Source of the DNA: Erysipelotrichaceae bacterium
GTDB taxonomy: Bacteria > Bacillota_I > Bacilli_A > Erysipelotrichales > Coprobacillaceae
DNA: 32,000 bases
NCBI GenBank assembly: GCA_028698185.1
Contig: JAQVDW010000010.1
Span: 1-32,000 of the forward strand
Direction of reading: 5' to 3'
The notes under the pieces are model-generated. The model did no database searches, was not told where the DNA came from, and saw nothing but the letters and a program-made list of their open reading frames with translations. The position numbers were made by a program, and so were the translations under genes. Positions 16,218 through 25,983 of the stretch are shown piece by piece (within the stretch, counting starts at the first letter, position 1; every line of letters begins with the position of its first letter).

Positions 16218-19200
16218 CTGCAACGACAAACAGATCGAGGCGATCATGTCGAGGGACTGTTCCATTCTCGTATCCGCTCCGGCGGGTTCGGGCAAGACCA
16301 AGATCCTCGTATCCCGGATCCTCTCTTTGCTTATCGAAGGAACCAATGTCAACGAGCTCGTTGTCCTGACTTTCACCAAGGCGGCCGCCAGCGAGATGAA
16401 ACAGCGTCTAAGCGAAGATTTGAAAGAGGAGATCATCGCCACTACCGATTTGAAGATCAAGGCCCATCTGACTCGCCAGATCGATCTTCTGCCCCAGGCC
16501 TACATCACCAACTTCCACTCGTTCTGTCTCGAGTTGCTCGAGCAGTACGGTTATCTTATCGACCTGGACAGCAGTTTCACGGTGCTCGCCAACAACACCC
16601 TTTTGAAAAACAACGCTTTCGACATGGCCTTTTCAAACTGGGCCGGTGACCAAAAGTTCCAGGAATTCCTCAAGCGGCGCTACCCGAAATACAATTTCAA
16701 TATCCTCAAAAAGACAATCGAGGCTCTTGAGAGCCTGTCCAACACAATCTACGATTTCGAGAACTATGTAAAAGACGACCTGCCCGGTTTCTACGAACAG
16801 TTTTGCCAGTACCGCCCCGGGCCTTTGAGCGATTCCATCAAGGACCAGCTTCTTGATGCCTGCCTGTGCGGCCTGACCCGGTTGAATCTTTTGGGCACCT
16901 ACTGCAACGATGTCGGGCTGAGCCACTTTTTCGACAAGGAAGACAAGAAGGAATCGGAGCTTAGCCCCTATCACAGCCTTTTGCGCTACTACCAGTCGAT
17001 CAATGAGTGTTTGAAAACCCAGCCCCTCGAGCGGATCATCGAAACCAGCTTCGAGCTTGAAAAACCCTACCGGATGCAATGGAGCAAATGGGGCTATGAT
17101 GAAAGTGTCAAGGCAGGTTACGATGAGCTCTCAAAGGGCATCAAGGACGAATATGTAAAAGTGTTTGACTCTATCGTCACCCCGCAAAAACAGGAACGGG
17201 AGCTGATCGCCGACCACTCTTTGGAGGATCTAGGCTACCTTATCTCCCTGGCGCTGGAATACAAGGCGGTTTACGCCGCGCTCAAGAAAAAGCAGAACTG
17301 CCTCGATTTCAACGATCTCGAACAGTATGCGATCAGGCTGCTCCAGAAGGACGTCGGAGTTTCCTTGAAACTCTATCACAACCTGAAGGAAATCATGATC
17401 GATGAATATCAGGACACCAATCCGATCCAGGAAAACCTGATCGATCTGATCGGCGATGTCCAAGAGCCGGTGCTCAACCGCTTCATGGTCGGCGACATGA
17501 AACAGTCAATCTACCGCTTCCGCGATGCCGATCCCAAAATATTCAAGGGCAAGTACGACACGTTCGCCCTGGCTAAGAATCCCAACAAGCGCATCGAGTT
17601 GAACTACAACTACCGTTCCCACAAGACGGTTCTCGATTGCATCAACTTCATCTTCAACCAGATCATGGATGAAAGCATCGGCGGGCTGGAATATTACCAG
17701 GACCCCAACGCCCAGCTCAACTACGACCTCAAACCCGACCTGTACAAGGTCAAGGACCCGTCTTCGTACCAGTCGCAACTCGACCATAAGACCGAAGTCC
17801 TGCTCGTGGCCAAGGAAAAAGGCAAATACAGCCCATACGAGTATGAGGCCCTGGCGGTCGCAACCCGCATTAAAGGACTCCTCGAGTCCGGCTATGGTTG
17901 CAGCGACATCCTGGTCCTGCTGCGTTCGATGCCCCAGATCATGATTTTCAAGAACATCTTCGACAAGCTGGGCATCGCCAACCAGATTGTCCTTTCCAAT
18001 GGCTTCTACTCGAGCGTCGAGATCACCAGCCTGGTGAGCGTTATCAGGTTTCTTGCCTGTCCCCAGGACGATTTGGCCCTAGGTGCCATCCTGCTCAACA
18101 ATTTCACTTTCAGCCACTTCAAGCCCGACCTGCTTGTGAAAGTCAGGGGTGAGAAATCGCTGTTCGAAAATATCGCCGCCTATCTCGAGGAACATCCCGA
18201 CCAGGAACAACTGCAACAATGCCACGGCTACCTGCTCGATCTTCTGGAGTACAGCCGGATCCATTTCATTGACGAGACTATAAGCAAGTTCGTCGAGGAT
18301 AACGATTACCGCCTGTTCAACGCCGCCTTGAAAAACGGGCAGCAGCGCCTCGCCAACATCGACCTGTTTATTGAGCTGCTCGAGGACTACCGGGAGTTGA
18401 GCCTGATCGAGATCACCGGCGAGATCGAGGCCCTGATCAAAAACGACGGTGACATCGCCCCGGGCAAGATAGCCCAAAGCGACACCGACGCCGTCTCGTT
18501 CATGACCATCCACAAATCCAAGGGACTCGAGGCCAAGGTCGTGATCGTGGCCTCGAGCCACAAGCAGTTCAACAGCGCCGATCAGATGGAGGAGATCCTG
18601 TTTTCAAACAGTCTGGGTTTGACAACCCGGCCGGTTCTTTGGCTCGAAGGCGAAGACCATCTTAGCGCTTCAGTCCGTTATGAAAACAGCTACCACCAGC
18701 TGCTCAAGTCGGCCATCAAGAAGGACATGATCGATGAGGAGATGCGCATCTTCTATGTCGCCTTGACCCGGGCCAAGGAAAAGCTGATCATCACCGGCCA
18801 GATCGCCAGTCCCGAAAAGATCATGGACTGGGCCAAGATCGCCATCCAGAACGACTATTTTATCGACGAAACTGACGAGCATGTCGTCATCAACCGTTTT
18901 TTGGCCCGATCGAACAATTACCTGGACTGGGCGATGATGGCCATCATCCGCCATCCAAGCATCCTCAAACAGCTCAATACCGGGTCCGTGGGCTATCGCG
19001 GCCCGCTTGATTTCGAGGACCAGCTAAAAGGGCAACTAAACAAAATCATGATCTACAACGCCAACAACCAGGCCCTGTTTGCCCAAAGCAACACCCAGGA
19101 CTGCGAATTCTCGCTAACTTTCTTCGAATCGGCCACCCTTGAGGCGCTGGCCCCGGCCGGTCTTCACGAAATCACCCAGCCAGGTTCGATCAGCCTCGAA

Positions 19201-19800
19201 ACATTCGATTTGAGCACCATCAATTCAGGACTGCTTCCCAAAACAGTCGCGGTGACCGGGCTGATCGACCACCCCGACGAACATTACGACCGCTATGATT
19301 TCACCCAGGCAGACGCCCGGCTTGAAGCCACAACCCGCGGAACAATCATCCATCGGGTGCTCGAACTGCTTGAAAAGGACGTCAATATCGATCTTGAAAG
19401 CGAACTCGAGCGGATCAAAAGTGGCGAATTCGCAGGCGACCGGGAAGCCAGCGACCTGATTGACGCGAGCTTCAGCCTGTTTGGCGACTTCGTCAAAAGC
19501 GACCTATTCGGGATGCTTTGTCGCTTCGACCACCTCTACCAGGAAAAGAAGATCACGGCCAAAAGCGGCGACCAGATCGTCCACGGAGTCATCGATGCCC
19601 TGGGAGTATCGGGATCGGCCATCTACATCATTGATTACAAGACCGACCAGGTCAGACGCGATTCCAGCGACCAGGACCTGATCGAAATCCACGAGGCCCA
19701 GCTCAATTACTACCGGAACTTCGTGAAAAGACATTTCCCCGATCATGAAATCGTCAACTGCATCCACTATTTTGCGATCAACAGGACGGTAACCTTCTAG
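16204..19800 (+). CDS. addA: ATP-dependent helicase/nuclease AddAB, subunit A (AddA/RexA)
   Basis: 1198 aa UvrD/Rep-type SF1 helicase. Motifs are VSAPAGSGKTKILV, MIDEYQDTNPIQ, NYRS, TIHKSKGLE and FYVALTRAKEKL. The C-terminal RecB-type nuclease is GVIDALGV...IYIIDYKTD. The RBS is AAGGAGGTAAAGGAAA-ATG. Confidence 0.95.
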   Translation: MNLNSCNDKQIEAIMSRDCSILVSAPAGSGKTKILVSRILSLLIEGTNVNELVVLTFTKAAASEMKQRLSEDLKEEIIATTDLKIKAHLTRQIDLLPQAYITNFHSFCLELLEQYGYLIDLDSSFTVLANNTLLKNNAFDMAFSNWAGDQKFQEFLKRRYPKYNFNILKKTIEALESLSNTIYDFENYVKDDLPGFYEQFCQYRPGPLSDSIKDQLLDACLCGLTRLNLLGTYCNDVGLSHFFDKEDKKESELSPYHSLLRYYQSINECLKTQPLERIIETSFELEKPYRMQWSKWGYDESVKAGYDELSKGIKDEYVKVFDSIVTPQKQERELIADHSLEDLGYLISLALEYKAVYAALKKKQNCLDFNDLEQYAIRLLQKDVGVSLKLYHNLKEIMIDEYQDTNPIQENLIDLIGDVQEPVLNRFMVGDMKQSIYRFRDADPKIFKGKYDTFALAKNPNKRIELNYNYRSHKTVLDCINFIFNQIMDESIGGLEYYQDPNAQLNYDLKPDLYKVKDPSSYQSQLDHKTEVLLVAKEKGKYSPYEYEALAVATRIKGLLESGYGCSDILVLLRSMPQIMIFKNIFDKLGIANQIVLSNGFYSSVEITSLVSVIRFLACPQDDLALGAILLNNFTFSHFKPDLLVKVRGEKSLFENIAAYLEEHPDQEQLQQCHGYLLDLLEYSRIHFIDETISKFVEDNDYRLFNAALKNGQQRLANIDLFIELLEDYRELSLIEITGEIEALIKNDGDIAPGKIAQSDTDAVSFMTIHKSKGLEAKVVIVASSHKQFNSADQMEEILFSNSLGLTTRPVLWLEGEDHLSASVRYENSYHQLLKSAIKKDMIDEEMRIFYVALTRAKEKLIITGQIASPEKIMDWAKIAIQNDYFIDETDEHVVINRFLARSNNYLDWAMMAIIRHPSILKQLNTGSVGYRGPLDFEDQLKGQLNKIMIYNANNQALFAQSNTQDCEFSLTFFESATLEALAPAGLHEITQPGSISLETFDLSTINSGLLPKTVAVTGLIDHPDEHYDRYDFTQADARLEATTRGTIIHRVLELLEKDVNIDLESELERIKSGEFAGDREASDLIDASFSLFGDFVKSDLFGMLCRFDHLYQEKKITAKSGDQIVHGVIDALGVSGSAIYIIDYKTDQVRRDSSDQDLIEIHEAQLNYYRNFVKRHFPDHEIVNCIHYFAINRTVTF

Positions 19801-19820
19801 CGAGGTTGCCGTCTTTTTGT
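19785..19820 (+). terminator. Rho-independent terminator after addA
   Basis: ACGGTAACCT-tctagcg-AGGTTGCCGT (10 bp with one U.G pair; the addA stop is in the loop) followed by CTTTTTGTT. Confidence 0.6.
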
Positions 19821-19912
19821 TATAGCCTGCAGCTATAACCAGCCCCAGTATTTTTGGATTAACACTTCCTTTTGTTTTTGGTTATACTGTTTTTACAAGG
19901 GAGGTATCAGCG

Positions 19913-20914
19913 ATGCTTGAAATCAGAAGCTTATCTAAATCATTTGGCGGCAAGACCGCTTTGGAAAATATCGACATCGAGTTTGTCACCGGCCGGATCT
20001 ACGGCGTGGTCGGTTACTCGGGGGCCGGCAAGTCGACCCTGGTTCGCTGCTTGAACCTTCTAGAAAAACCCGATACGGGCCAGGTGATCTACAACGGCGA
20101 AAATATCGTCAACTTCGACAACGCCCGGTTGCAGTCCGTCCGCAGGGACATGGCGATGATCTTCCAGCATTTCAACCTGTTCAACGCCAAGACCGTTTAC
20201 CAGAACGTGGAAACAGCGATGGCCAACACCACCCGGGACAAACAGGCCACCAAAGCCAAGGTGCTTGAACTGCTCGAACAGGTCGGCATGCTCGAGTACC
20301 AGGACCAGTATCCCTCAAGGCTCTCGGGCGGACAGAAACAGCGGGTGGCAATCGCCCGGGCCTTGGCCACCAATCCCAAGATTCTCTTGTGCGATGAAGC
20401 CACCAGCGCCCTTGACCCCAAGAGCACCCATGAAATCCTGGATCTGCTCAAGCGACTCAACGTCGAGCTGGGGCTGACCATCATCGTCATCACCCATGAG
20501 ATGAATGTCGTCAAGGAAATCTGCCAACAGATCATCTTCCTGGAAAAAGGCAAGGTGGTTGTCCAGGGCGGCCTGGTCGACCTGCTCAACAACCCGAAGA
20601 CTAGAAGCTTCATCAACAGCGACTCCAATCTCGAAAAATTCGACCAGATAAAAGACCAGCTTGGCCTATTTAGTGACGATCTGGTCTACGAATTCACCTT
20701 CAAGGACAAGGCGGTCAACGCCCCGTATATCAACACCTTGATCCGGGACTATGACCTTGACATCACGATCCTACTGGGAGACATCAAGCTTTTCAACGGC
20801 GTTCCCTTCGGCGGGTTGATCGTCAAGGTTGCCGGAACCAATCAGAACATCGAGGCCGGACTGGCCTATCTTGAAAGCCAGGGCATCCATAGCGAAAGGA
20901 AGGTACTCACATGA
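19913..20914 (+). CDS. metN: Methionine ABC transporter ATP-binding protein
   Basis: Walker A GYSGAGKST, signature LSGGQKQR and Walker B ILLCDEATSALD. The C-terminal NIL domain contains GGLIVKVAG. The RBS is AAGGGAGGTATCAGCG-ATG. Confidence 0.9.
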   Translation: MLEIRSLSKSFGGKTALENIDIEFVTGRIYGVVGYSGAGKSTLVRCLNLLEKPDTGQVIYNGENIVNFDNARLQSVRRDMAMIFQHFNLFNAKTVYQNVETAMANTTRDKQATKAKVLELLEQVGMLEYQDQYPSRLSGGQKQRVAIARALATNPKILLCDEATSALDPKSTHEILDLLKRLNVELGLTIIVITHEMNVVKEICQQIIFLEKGKVVVQGGLVDLLNNPKTRSFINSDSNLEKFDQIKDQLGLFSDDLVYEFTFKDKAVNAPYINTLIRDYDLDITILLGDIKLFNGVPFGGLIVKVAGTNQNIEAGLAYLESQGIHSERKVLT

Positions 20915-21564
20915 ACATCATCACCCTATGGCCCGATTTTTTAAAAAGCATCATCGAGACGATCACCATGGTGGGCATTTCAAGCCTGATCGGACTGGCC
21001 ATCGGCCTGGTCATCGGGGTCACCCTGGTGGTGACCAAACCCGGGGCAATCATGGAAAACCCCTGGCTCTATTTTGTCATCGACAAGGTTACCAACTTCT
21101 TCCGCTCGATTCCTTTCATCATCCTTCTGGCATTGCTTATCCCGCTGACCCGGCTTATCGTGGGCAGCGCGATCGGGGTAAAAGGCGCGATTGTCCCGCT
21201 GACTTTTTCCGTGATCCCCTTCTATGCCCGTCAGGTGGAATCGGTGCTCGAATCATTGAACAAGGGGGTGGTCGAAGCGGCCATCTCCCTGGGATTCACC
21301 AATTTCCAGATCATCAGGGTGTACCTTGGCGAATCTTTGCCGGGCATCATCCTCGCGACAACTATCACCATCATCTCGCTGATCGGGCTGTCGACCATGG
21401 CCGGGGCCGTGGGGGCCGGCGGCATCGGAGATTTCACGATCCGTTATGGCTACCAGCGCTCGCTCGAGGATGTGACTATCGTTTGCGTACTGTTTCTAGT
21501 TGTGTTTATCAGTTTAATCCAGAAGATAGGAGATTTGCTGGCAAAAAGGGCCAGCAAGACATAG
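20911..21564 (+). CDS. metI: Methionine ABC transporter permease
   Basis: 217 aa, five-TM MetI-type permease. Its start overlaps the metN stop (ATGA). The loop EAAISLGFTNFQIIRVYLGESLPG is present. Confidence 0.9.
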   Translation: MNIITLWPDFLKSIIETITMVGISSLIGLAIGLVIGVTLVVTKPGAIMENPWLYFVIDKVTNFFRSIPFIILLALLIPLTRLIVGSAIGVKGAIVPLTFSVIPFYARQVESVLESLNKGVVEAAISLGFTNFQIIRVYLGESLPGIILATTITIISLIGLSTMAGAVGAGGIGDFTIRYGYQRSLEDVTIVCVLFLVVFISLIQKIGDLLAKRASKT

Positions 21565-21567
21565 ATT

Positions 21568-22353
21568 ATGAAAAAATTATTGGCATTATTGGCACTTGGC
21601 GTAGCTTTGACCGGATGCGCCTCAAGCTCTAAGGACACGGTTAAAATCGGGGTTGTCGGGGAAAACAACGAAGCCCTTGACGAAGTGGCCCGACTCGCCA
21701 AAGAGGAAGGGATAAACATCGAACTGGTCAACTTTTCCGACTACACTCTGCCCAACCTGGCCCTAAATGACGGCGAGATCGACCTCAATGCCTTCCAGCA
21801 TTACGCCTACCTCGACAACGAAGTGGCGACCAAAGGTTACGACATCACCGCCATCGGCGACACGGTGTTCGGTCCGATGGCCCTGTATTCAAACAACCTC
21901 GACAGCCTTGAAGGAATCAGCGCGGATGCCAAGGTTCTGATTCCCAACGACCTGACCAACGGGGGCCGGGCATTGAAGCTCCTTGAAGCGGCCGGATTGC
22001 TTGCGATCGACCCTGCGGTCGGCTACAGCCCGGAACTAGGCGACATCACCGCCAACCCGCACAACCTGCAAATCAGCGAAGTCGACGCGTCGCTTATCCC
22101 ATCACTGCTAAGCGACGTGGCAATCGGGGTGATCAACAACAACTACGCCTATGACAACAGCCTTTCCCTTGAAAGCGCCCTGTATGTCGAACAGGCAACT
22201 CAGGGAAATCCCTATATCAACATCATCGCCGCCCGCTTGGATGACAAGGACAATGAAACCTACCTCAAAATCGTCGAACTTTACCAGTCCGATGCAGTGA
22301 AGCAGGTGATTCTTGACACGTATGAGGGCTACCAGATCCCGGCCTGGAATTAA
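21568..22353 (+). CDS. metQ: Methionine-binding lipoprotein (NlpA/MetQ family)
   Basis: Signal peptide with lipobox LALGVALTGC. MetQ-like motifs are VKIGVVGEN, DLNAFQH, IPNDLTNGGRAL and NPYINIIA. Confidence 0.9.
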   Translation: MKKLLALLALGVALTGCASSSKDTVKIGVVGENNEALDEVARLAKEEGINIELVNFSDYTLPNLALNDGEIDLNAFQHYAYLDNEVATKGYDITAIGDTVFGPMALYSNNLDSLEGISADAKVLIPNDLTNGGRALKLLEAAGLLAIDPAVGYSPELGDITANPHNLQISEVDASLIPSLLSDVAIGVINNNYAYDNSLSLESALYVEQATQGNPYINIIAARLDDKDNETYLKIVELYQSDAVKQVILDTYEGYQIPAWN

Positions 22354-22404
22354 ACCTTGCTTCTTGGCTGAATTCACTTTATGATTAAAGAAGAGGTGGC
22401 AACA

Positions 22405-23301
22405 ATGACAATCATCCAGTTAGAATATTTAATTACCGTAGCTTCTTCCAATTCGATCAATGAAGCGGCCAACAAGCTTTTCATTTCCCAACCTACCCTT
22501 TCGGCGGCGATCAAGGAAATCGAGAGCACCGTGGGTTTCTCGATTTTCAACCGCTCCAACCGCGGGGTCAAGCTGACTCTCAAAGGCGAGGAGTTCGTCA
22601 CATATGCCAAGCAGGTGCTCGACCAGTACAACCTTCTCGAGGAGAAATTTGTCTCCAAGAACAACAAGCAGTACTTCTCGGTTTCCTTGCAGCACTATAC
22701 GTTCGCCGTAAAGGCCTTTGTCGAGACGCTCCAGTCCCACTCCTTCGACCAGTATGAATTCTCCATTTTCGAGACCCGGACCAAGGACGTCATCGACAAT
22801 GTCAAGAACTTCAAATCCGACCTCGGGGTCATCTACACCACCGCCAACAATGAGCGGATCATCACCAGGATATTGAATGACGCCAATCTCGAATTCGTGC
22901 CCCTGGTGGAATGTGCGCTCCACGTCTATCTCCACCAGGACCATCCGTTGGCGAATTTGTCAAAGATAACGCTCGACATGCTTGACGATTATCCCTGCTG
23001 TGTCTTCGACCAGGGCGACAATTCACTGTTTCTAGCCGAAGAGGTCATCTCCATCGACGACAACAAGAAGATCATCAAGGTGTCCGACCGGGCCACGATT
23101 TTGAATCTCATGATCGGGCTCAACGGCTATACGATATGTTCGGGCATCATCTCCCAGGAACTCAACGGCAGCGAGTATCTGTCGATTCCCCTGGCCGTCA
23201 ACGAGACGATGACGATCGGCTACATCAAGCACAAGAACCTTTATCTAAACGAGATCTGCCAGGAATATATCGGACATCTCAAGGATTATCTCAACCAGTG
23301 A
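22405..23301 (+). CDS. LysR-family transcriptional regulator
   Basis: The N-terminal wHTH is MTIIQLEYLITVASSNSINEAANKLFISQPTLSAAIKEIE, followed by a LysR substrate-binding domain. The ATG at 22405 has the RBS GAAGAGGTGGCAACA. The ORF-track start at 22381 lacks one. Confidence 0.85.
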   Translation: MTIIQLEYLITVASSNSINEAANKLFISQPTLSAAIKEIESTVGFSIFNRSNRGVKLTLKGEEFVTYAKQVLDQYNLLEEKFVSKNNKQYFSVSLQHYTFAVKAFVETLQSHSFDQYEFSIFETRTKDVIDNVKNFKSDLGVIYTTANNERIITRILNDANLEFVPLVECALHVYLHQDHPLANLSKITLDMLDDYPCCVFDQGDNSLFLAEEVISIDDNKKIIKVSDRATILNLMIGLNGYTICSGIISQELNGSEYLSIPLAVNETMTIGYIKHKNLYLNEICQEYIGHLKDYLNQ

Positions 23302-23302
23302 C

Positions 23303-23329
23303 AAGTCGGCCTTTGCCGACTTTTTCTTT
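23303..23329 (+). terminator. Rho-independent terminator after the LysR gene
   Basis: AGTCGGC-cttt-GCCGACT followed by TTTTTCTTT, starting directly after the stop codon. Confidence 0.75.
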
Positions 23330-23411
23330 GCATTAAGACCCGCTTGGGATTACAATGTAATTGGATGGATCCACGTGATCCTTTTAAGGTTTTCAGATTG
23401 GAGGCTGACCT

Positions 23412-24143
23412 ATGGAAAATGTGACCGCGCTGCTCGCTTCGGTGATCTATGTCTTTGGATCACTGATAGTAGTTGTCATCTTCGACAATTTCTCTTCGAG
23501 AAGCAAGGAGCTCTCCCGCAAGATGCTCCATATCCTGACTGGCAACTGGATCCTGATCAGCCTGATGTTCACAGACATCCTGGCTTTGGCCCTTTTGCCA
23601 ACCATGCTGTTGGGTCTCAACCTGCTTTCACTCCGTTTCAGTCTGGTCAAGGCGATGGAACGCGACGACGACAGCTGGGGCACCGTCTTTTATCCCCTGA
23701 GCATCCTGGTGCTGGCCCTGGCCGCCTTCATCCTGGAAATGCCGGCCATTTCCGTCACAGGCATCCTGATTTTGGCTTACGGTGACGGGCTGGCAGCGCT
23801 GGTCGGTGGCAAGTGGGGCAGATGGCGTCCGTTCAAAATAGCCCCGAAAAAAAGCTTCATCGGGACATTGACCGTCGCTATCGCCGGATTGGTCATCACC
23901 GCCGGCGCCATCCTCATATTCCAGGGCAAAACCGCGCCAACAGCCGCCTTCATCATCGCCTTGAACACCGCATTGTTGGCGGCCCTGCTCGAACTGGCAG
24001 ACAAAAAAGGGAGCGACAATCTTACCCTGCCATTGGGCACGGGTCTTTTTGTTGGGGGCAGCCTCTGTTTTTTTGACTGGGTCGCCCAGGCTGTTTTTTT
24101 TGGAGTGCTGGTCATCATCTGGGCACTGGTTTTCAGGAAATGA
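23412..24143 (+). CDS. Polytopic membrane protein of the CTP-dependent diacylglycerol/polyprenol (dolichol/phytol) kinase - CdsA superfamily
   Basis: 243 aa with multiple TM helices. Motifs RKMLHILTGNW, LAYGDGLAALVGGKWGR, KKSFIGTL and SDNLTLP match my recollection of COG0170/CTP_transf_1-type proteins. The RBS is TGGAGGCTGACCT-ATG. Confidence 0.6.
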   Translation: MENVTALLASVIYVFGSLIVVVIFDNFSSRSKELSRKMLHILTGNWILISLMFTDILALALLPTMLLGLNLLSLRFSLVKAMERDDDSWGTVFYPLSILVLALAAFILEMPAISVTGILILAYGDGLAALVGGKWGRWRPFKIAPKKSFIGTLTVAIAGLVITAGAILIFQGKTAPTAAFIIALNTALLAALLELADKKGSDNLTLPLGTGLFVGGSLCFFDWVAQAVFFGVLVIIWALVFRK

Positions 24144-24163
24144 TAACAGGCCCGATTCAGGCA

Positions 24164-24192
24164 TAAAAAAACGCTGGGTTTCCAGCGTTTTA
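24164..24192. terminator. Bidirectional Rho-independent terminator
   Basis: AAAAAAACGCTGG-gttt-CCAGCGTTTT lies between the convergent membrane-kinase-like gene (plus) and the nucleoid-associated-protein gene (minus). Confidence 0.7.
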
Positions 24193-25197
24193 CTTTACCT
24201 TGATTTCTTCGATGTTTTTCAAGATCAGCTCGGTCTTGCCGTCGCTGCCTGTCTGGGTGTTGAAATCGATCAGGTTGAGATACTCGTCAAGAGGCAGCTC
24301 GATTGTGCGGCGGTCGTCGAGAATCAGTTTGCAGCGGGCCATCTTCTCGATCGAGGTCGGAATGTTGACAATCTCGTCATCGGATGTGAAACCCAGATCG
24401 AGAAGGAGCGTCTCCACCTCGGTTTGGGCCTGGTAGTCGCTGGCCATCACCTTCTGGGCAATTTCCAGAGGCTTGACCTTCTCGAAGTTTTCCAGGGCGT
24501 TGATTACCTCCTGCTTTACCAGGACGCCCGGGTCACCAGGGAAGACATTGAGCTGACTGTCGACTTTCTTGACTGCCTTGTTGAGCAGCGACAGTTTCTC
24601 GCGGTCGGACAGTTTCGGTTCACCCTTGATGTACTGTTCATTGAGATAGAAGTCGGCCTTCCCGTCGATTTCGAATTTCTTCTCAATCAGATAAAGGCGG
24701 CCTTTTTCGACATTGACGATGATGGCTTCCTCAACGGCTCCACCTTGGGGTGGCAGACTCTGGATATTGACGACCTTGAGACTCGTCTTGCCATCGGTCT
24801 CTTCGATCTTGATGGTCGGGCTGACCTTGTAGTTGAGCTTGATCATCACGATATGCTTCTCGCCATCGAACTTGCATTCGACAAAAAGGAGGTTGCTGTT
24901 TGGCATCTGCGTTATATGGCTTGCAAGTTCGTAGATGTCCTGGGCAATCTTGCAAGAAACCGTGATGAAGCTTTCCTCGTCAAGAGTCATGTCGCTTGCC
25001 ATGGTAAGCACATGATGTTGACTTGGGACCACAATTTCTTTAATATTACTGTTGGCAAACACTTTTTCAAGCTTCTTGCGATAGTATTCGATCAAAGCCT
25101 CATCGATCGCCACCAGCTGGTTTGAATATGTAATTTTCGAATGTTCCATATCGAGCATATGGAGTATAATCTTGTCTATGATTATCGTATTGTTCAT
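24190..25197 (-). CDS. Nucleoid-associated protein, YejK/NdpA (NA37) family-like
   Basis: About 335 aa. The N-terminus IIIDKIILHMLD, the central LLFVECKFDGEKHIVMIKLNYK and the overall length resemble my recollection of the 37-kDa nucleoid-associated protein family. The ATG at 25197 (MNNT..) has GGTGA 5 nt upstream. An alternative GTG is at 25206. Confidence 0.55.
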   Translation of the reverse strand: MNNTIIIDKIILHMLDMEHSKITYSNQLVAIDEALIEYYRKKLEKVFANSNIKEIVVPSQHHVLTMASDMTLDEESFITVSCKIAQDIYELASHITQMPNSNLLFVECKFDGEKHIVMIKLNYKVSPTIKIEETDGKTSLKVVNIQSLPPQGGAVEEAIIVNVEKGRLYLIEKKFEIDGKADFYLNEQYIKGEPKLSDREKLSLLNKAVKKVDSQLNVFPGDPGVLVKQEVINALENFEKVKPLEIAQKVMASDYQAQTEVETLLLDLGFTSDDEIVNIPTSIEKMARCKLILDDRRTIELPLDEYLNLIDFNTQTGSDGKTELILKNIEEIKVK

Positions 25198-25242
25198 TTT
25201 TATCACCGTTTCATATTATAACACACCAAAGGAGAAAATCCC

Positions 25243-25983
25243 ATGAAAATAATTATCGGCGACGCCAAAACCCAGAAGATGCCAAGGGCATCCCAATCGC
25301 CATTAGAATCCGCCACCCCGGCATTTGCCAGAAAGGCCAAGACGCTGCTGGACCGTTTGAAAAGCCTGAGCCTCGAAGAGCTCGAAAAGCAGTTCAAGGT
25401 GTCAGCGAAGATCGCCGCCACGCTTCACGAGCGCTACCGGGACGAAACGAGGGCGCCCGCCTTCGAACTTTTCGACGGGATGGTGTTCAGGCAGTTCAAC
25501 ATCGATGTCAAACAGGAGTCACTAAACTACTACAACAACCACCTCCGGATCGTCTCGCCGCTATATGGTCTGCTAAGGCCTGGCGACGCCATCTCCTTTT
25601 ACCGTCTGTCGATGGATGATTTTGCCGATCTCGACCTCTACGAGTACCACCATCAAGTCAACGACCTCCTCAAAGACGAGGACTGCTTGATCCTGCTTTG
25701 TTCCCAGGAATTCGCCCGACTGATCGACCATCCAGAAGCGTATTTTGTCGATTTTCTGGAGTTCGACGGCAACAAAGTCAAAAGACCATCGGCCCATATC
25801 AAAAAGGCCCGAGGGCTGATGGTGGCCGCGATGGCCAATGAAAAGATAGCTTCAATAGCCCAGCTCGAAACGCTCAGGGTCGACGGATTTGCCTTCAACA
25901 AGGAGCTTTCAAAGGGCAAAAATCTCGTTTTTAGCCGGAAATTCGCAACTAAAAAAACATTATCCCCAGCAAACCGGCCATAA
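25243..25983 (+). CDS. yaaA: YaaA-family (UPF0246/DUF328) peroxide-stress protein
   Basis: MKIIIGDAKTQ, HLRIVSPLYGLLRPGDAISFYRLSM and KKARGLMV are hallmark YaaA motifs. The RBS is AAAGGAGAAAATCCC-ATG. Confidence 0.85.
   Translation: MKIIIGDAKTQKMPRASQSPLESATPAFARKAKTLLDRLKSLSLEELEKQFKVSAKIAATLHERYRDETRAPAFELFDGMVFRQFNIDVKQESLNYYNNHLRIVSPLYGLLRPGDAISFYRLSMDDFADLDLYEYHHQVNDLLKDEDCLILLCSQEFARLIDHPEAYFVDFLEFDGNKVKRPSAHIKKARGLMVAAMANEKIASIAQLETLRVDGFAFNKELSKGKNLVFSRKFATKKTLSPANRP

Noticed and set aside
20829-21632. 267-aa plus-strand ORF in an alternative frame over metI
   Set aside because: The translation is a His/Arg/Gly/Pro-rich low-complexity string. The metI frame gives a normal five-TM permease with start-stop coupling to metN. 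I judge it a frame artefact. The same reasoning applies to other internal alternative-frame or antisense ORFs, including 23628-24164, 12372-12896, 16633-17079, 18079-18561 and 26617-27276.
24049-25125. 358-aa plus-strand ORF overlapping the nucleoid-associated-protein gene
   Set aside because: The minus-strand frame has a plausible start and RBS, a terminator, and a family-like sequence. The plus-strand frame begins inside the upstream membrane-protein gene, runs across the bidirectional terminator, and has a repetitive L/D/V/F composition. I judge it an antisense artefact.
25949-25983. 35-nt convergent overlap of the yaaA 3' end with the chrA 3' end
   Set aside because: This is probably a benign tail overlap. 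The last ~12 YaaA residues look non-conserved, and no structure or signal is evident. It is not worth a finding without comparative data.
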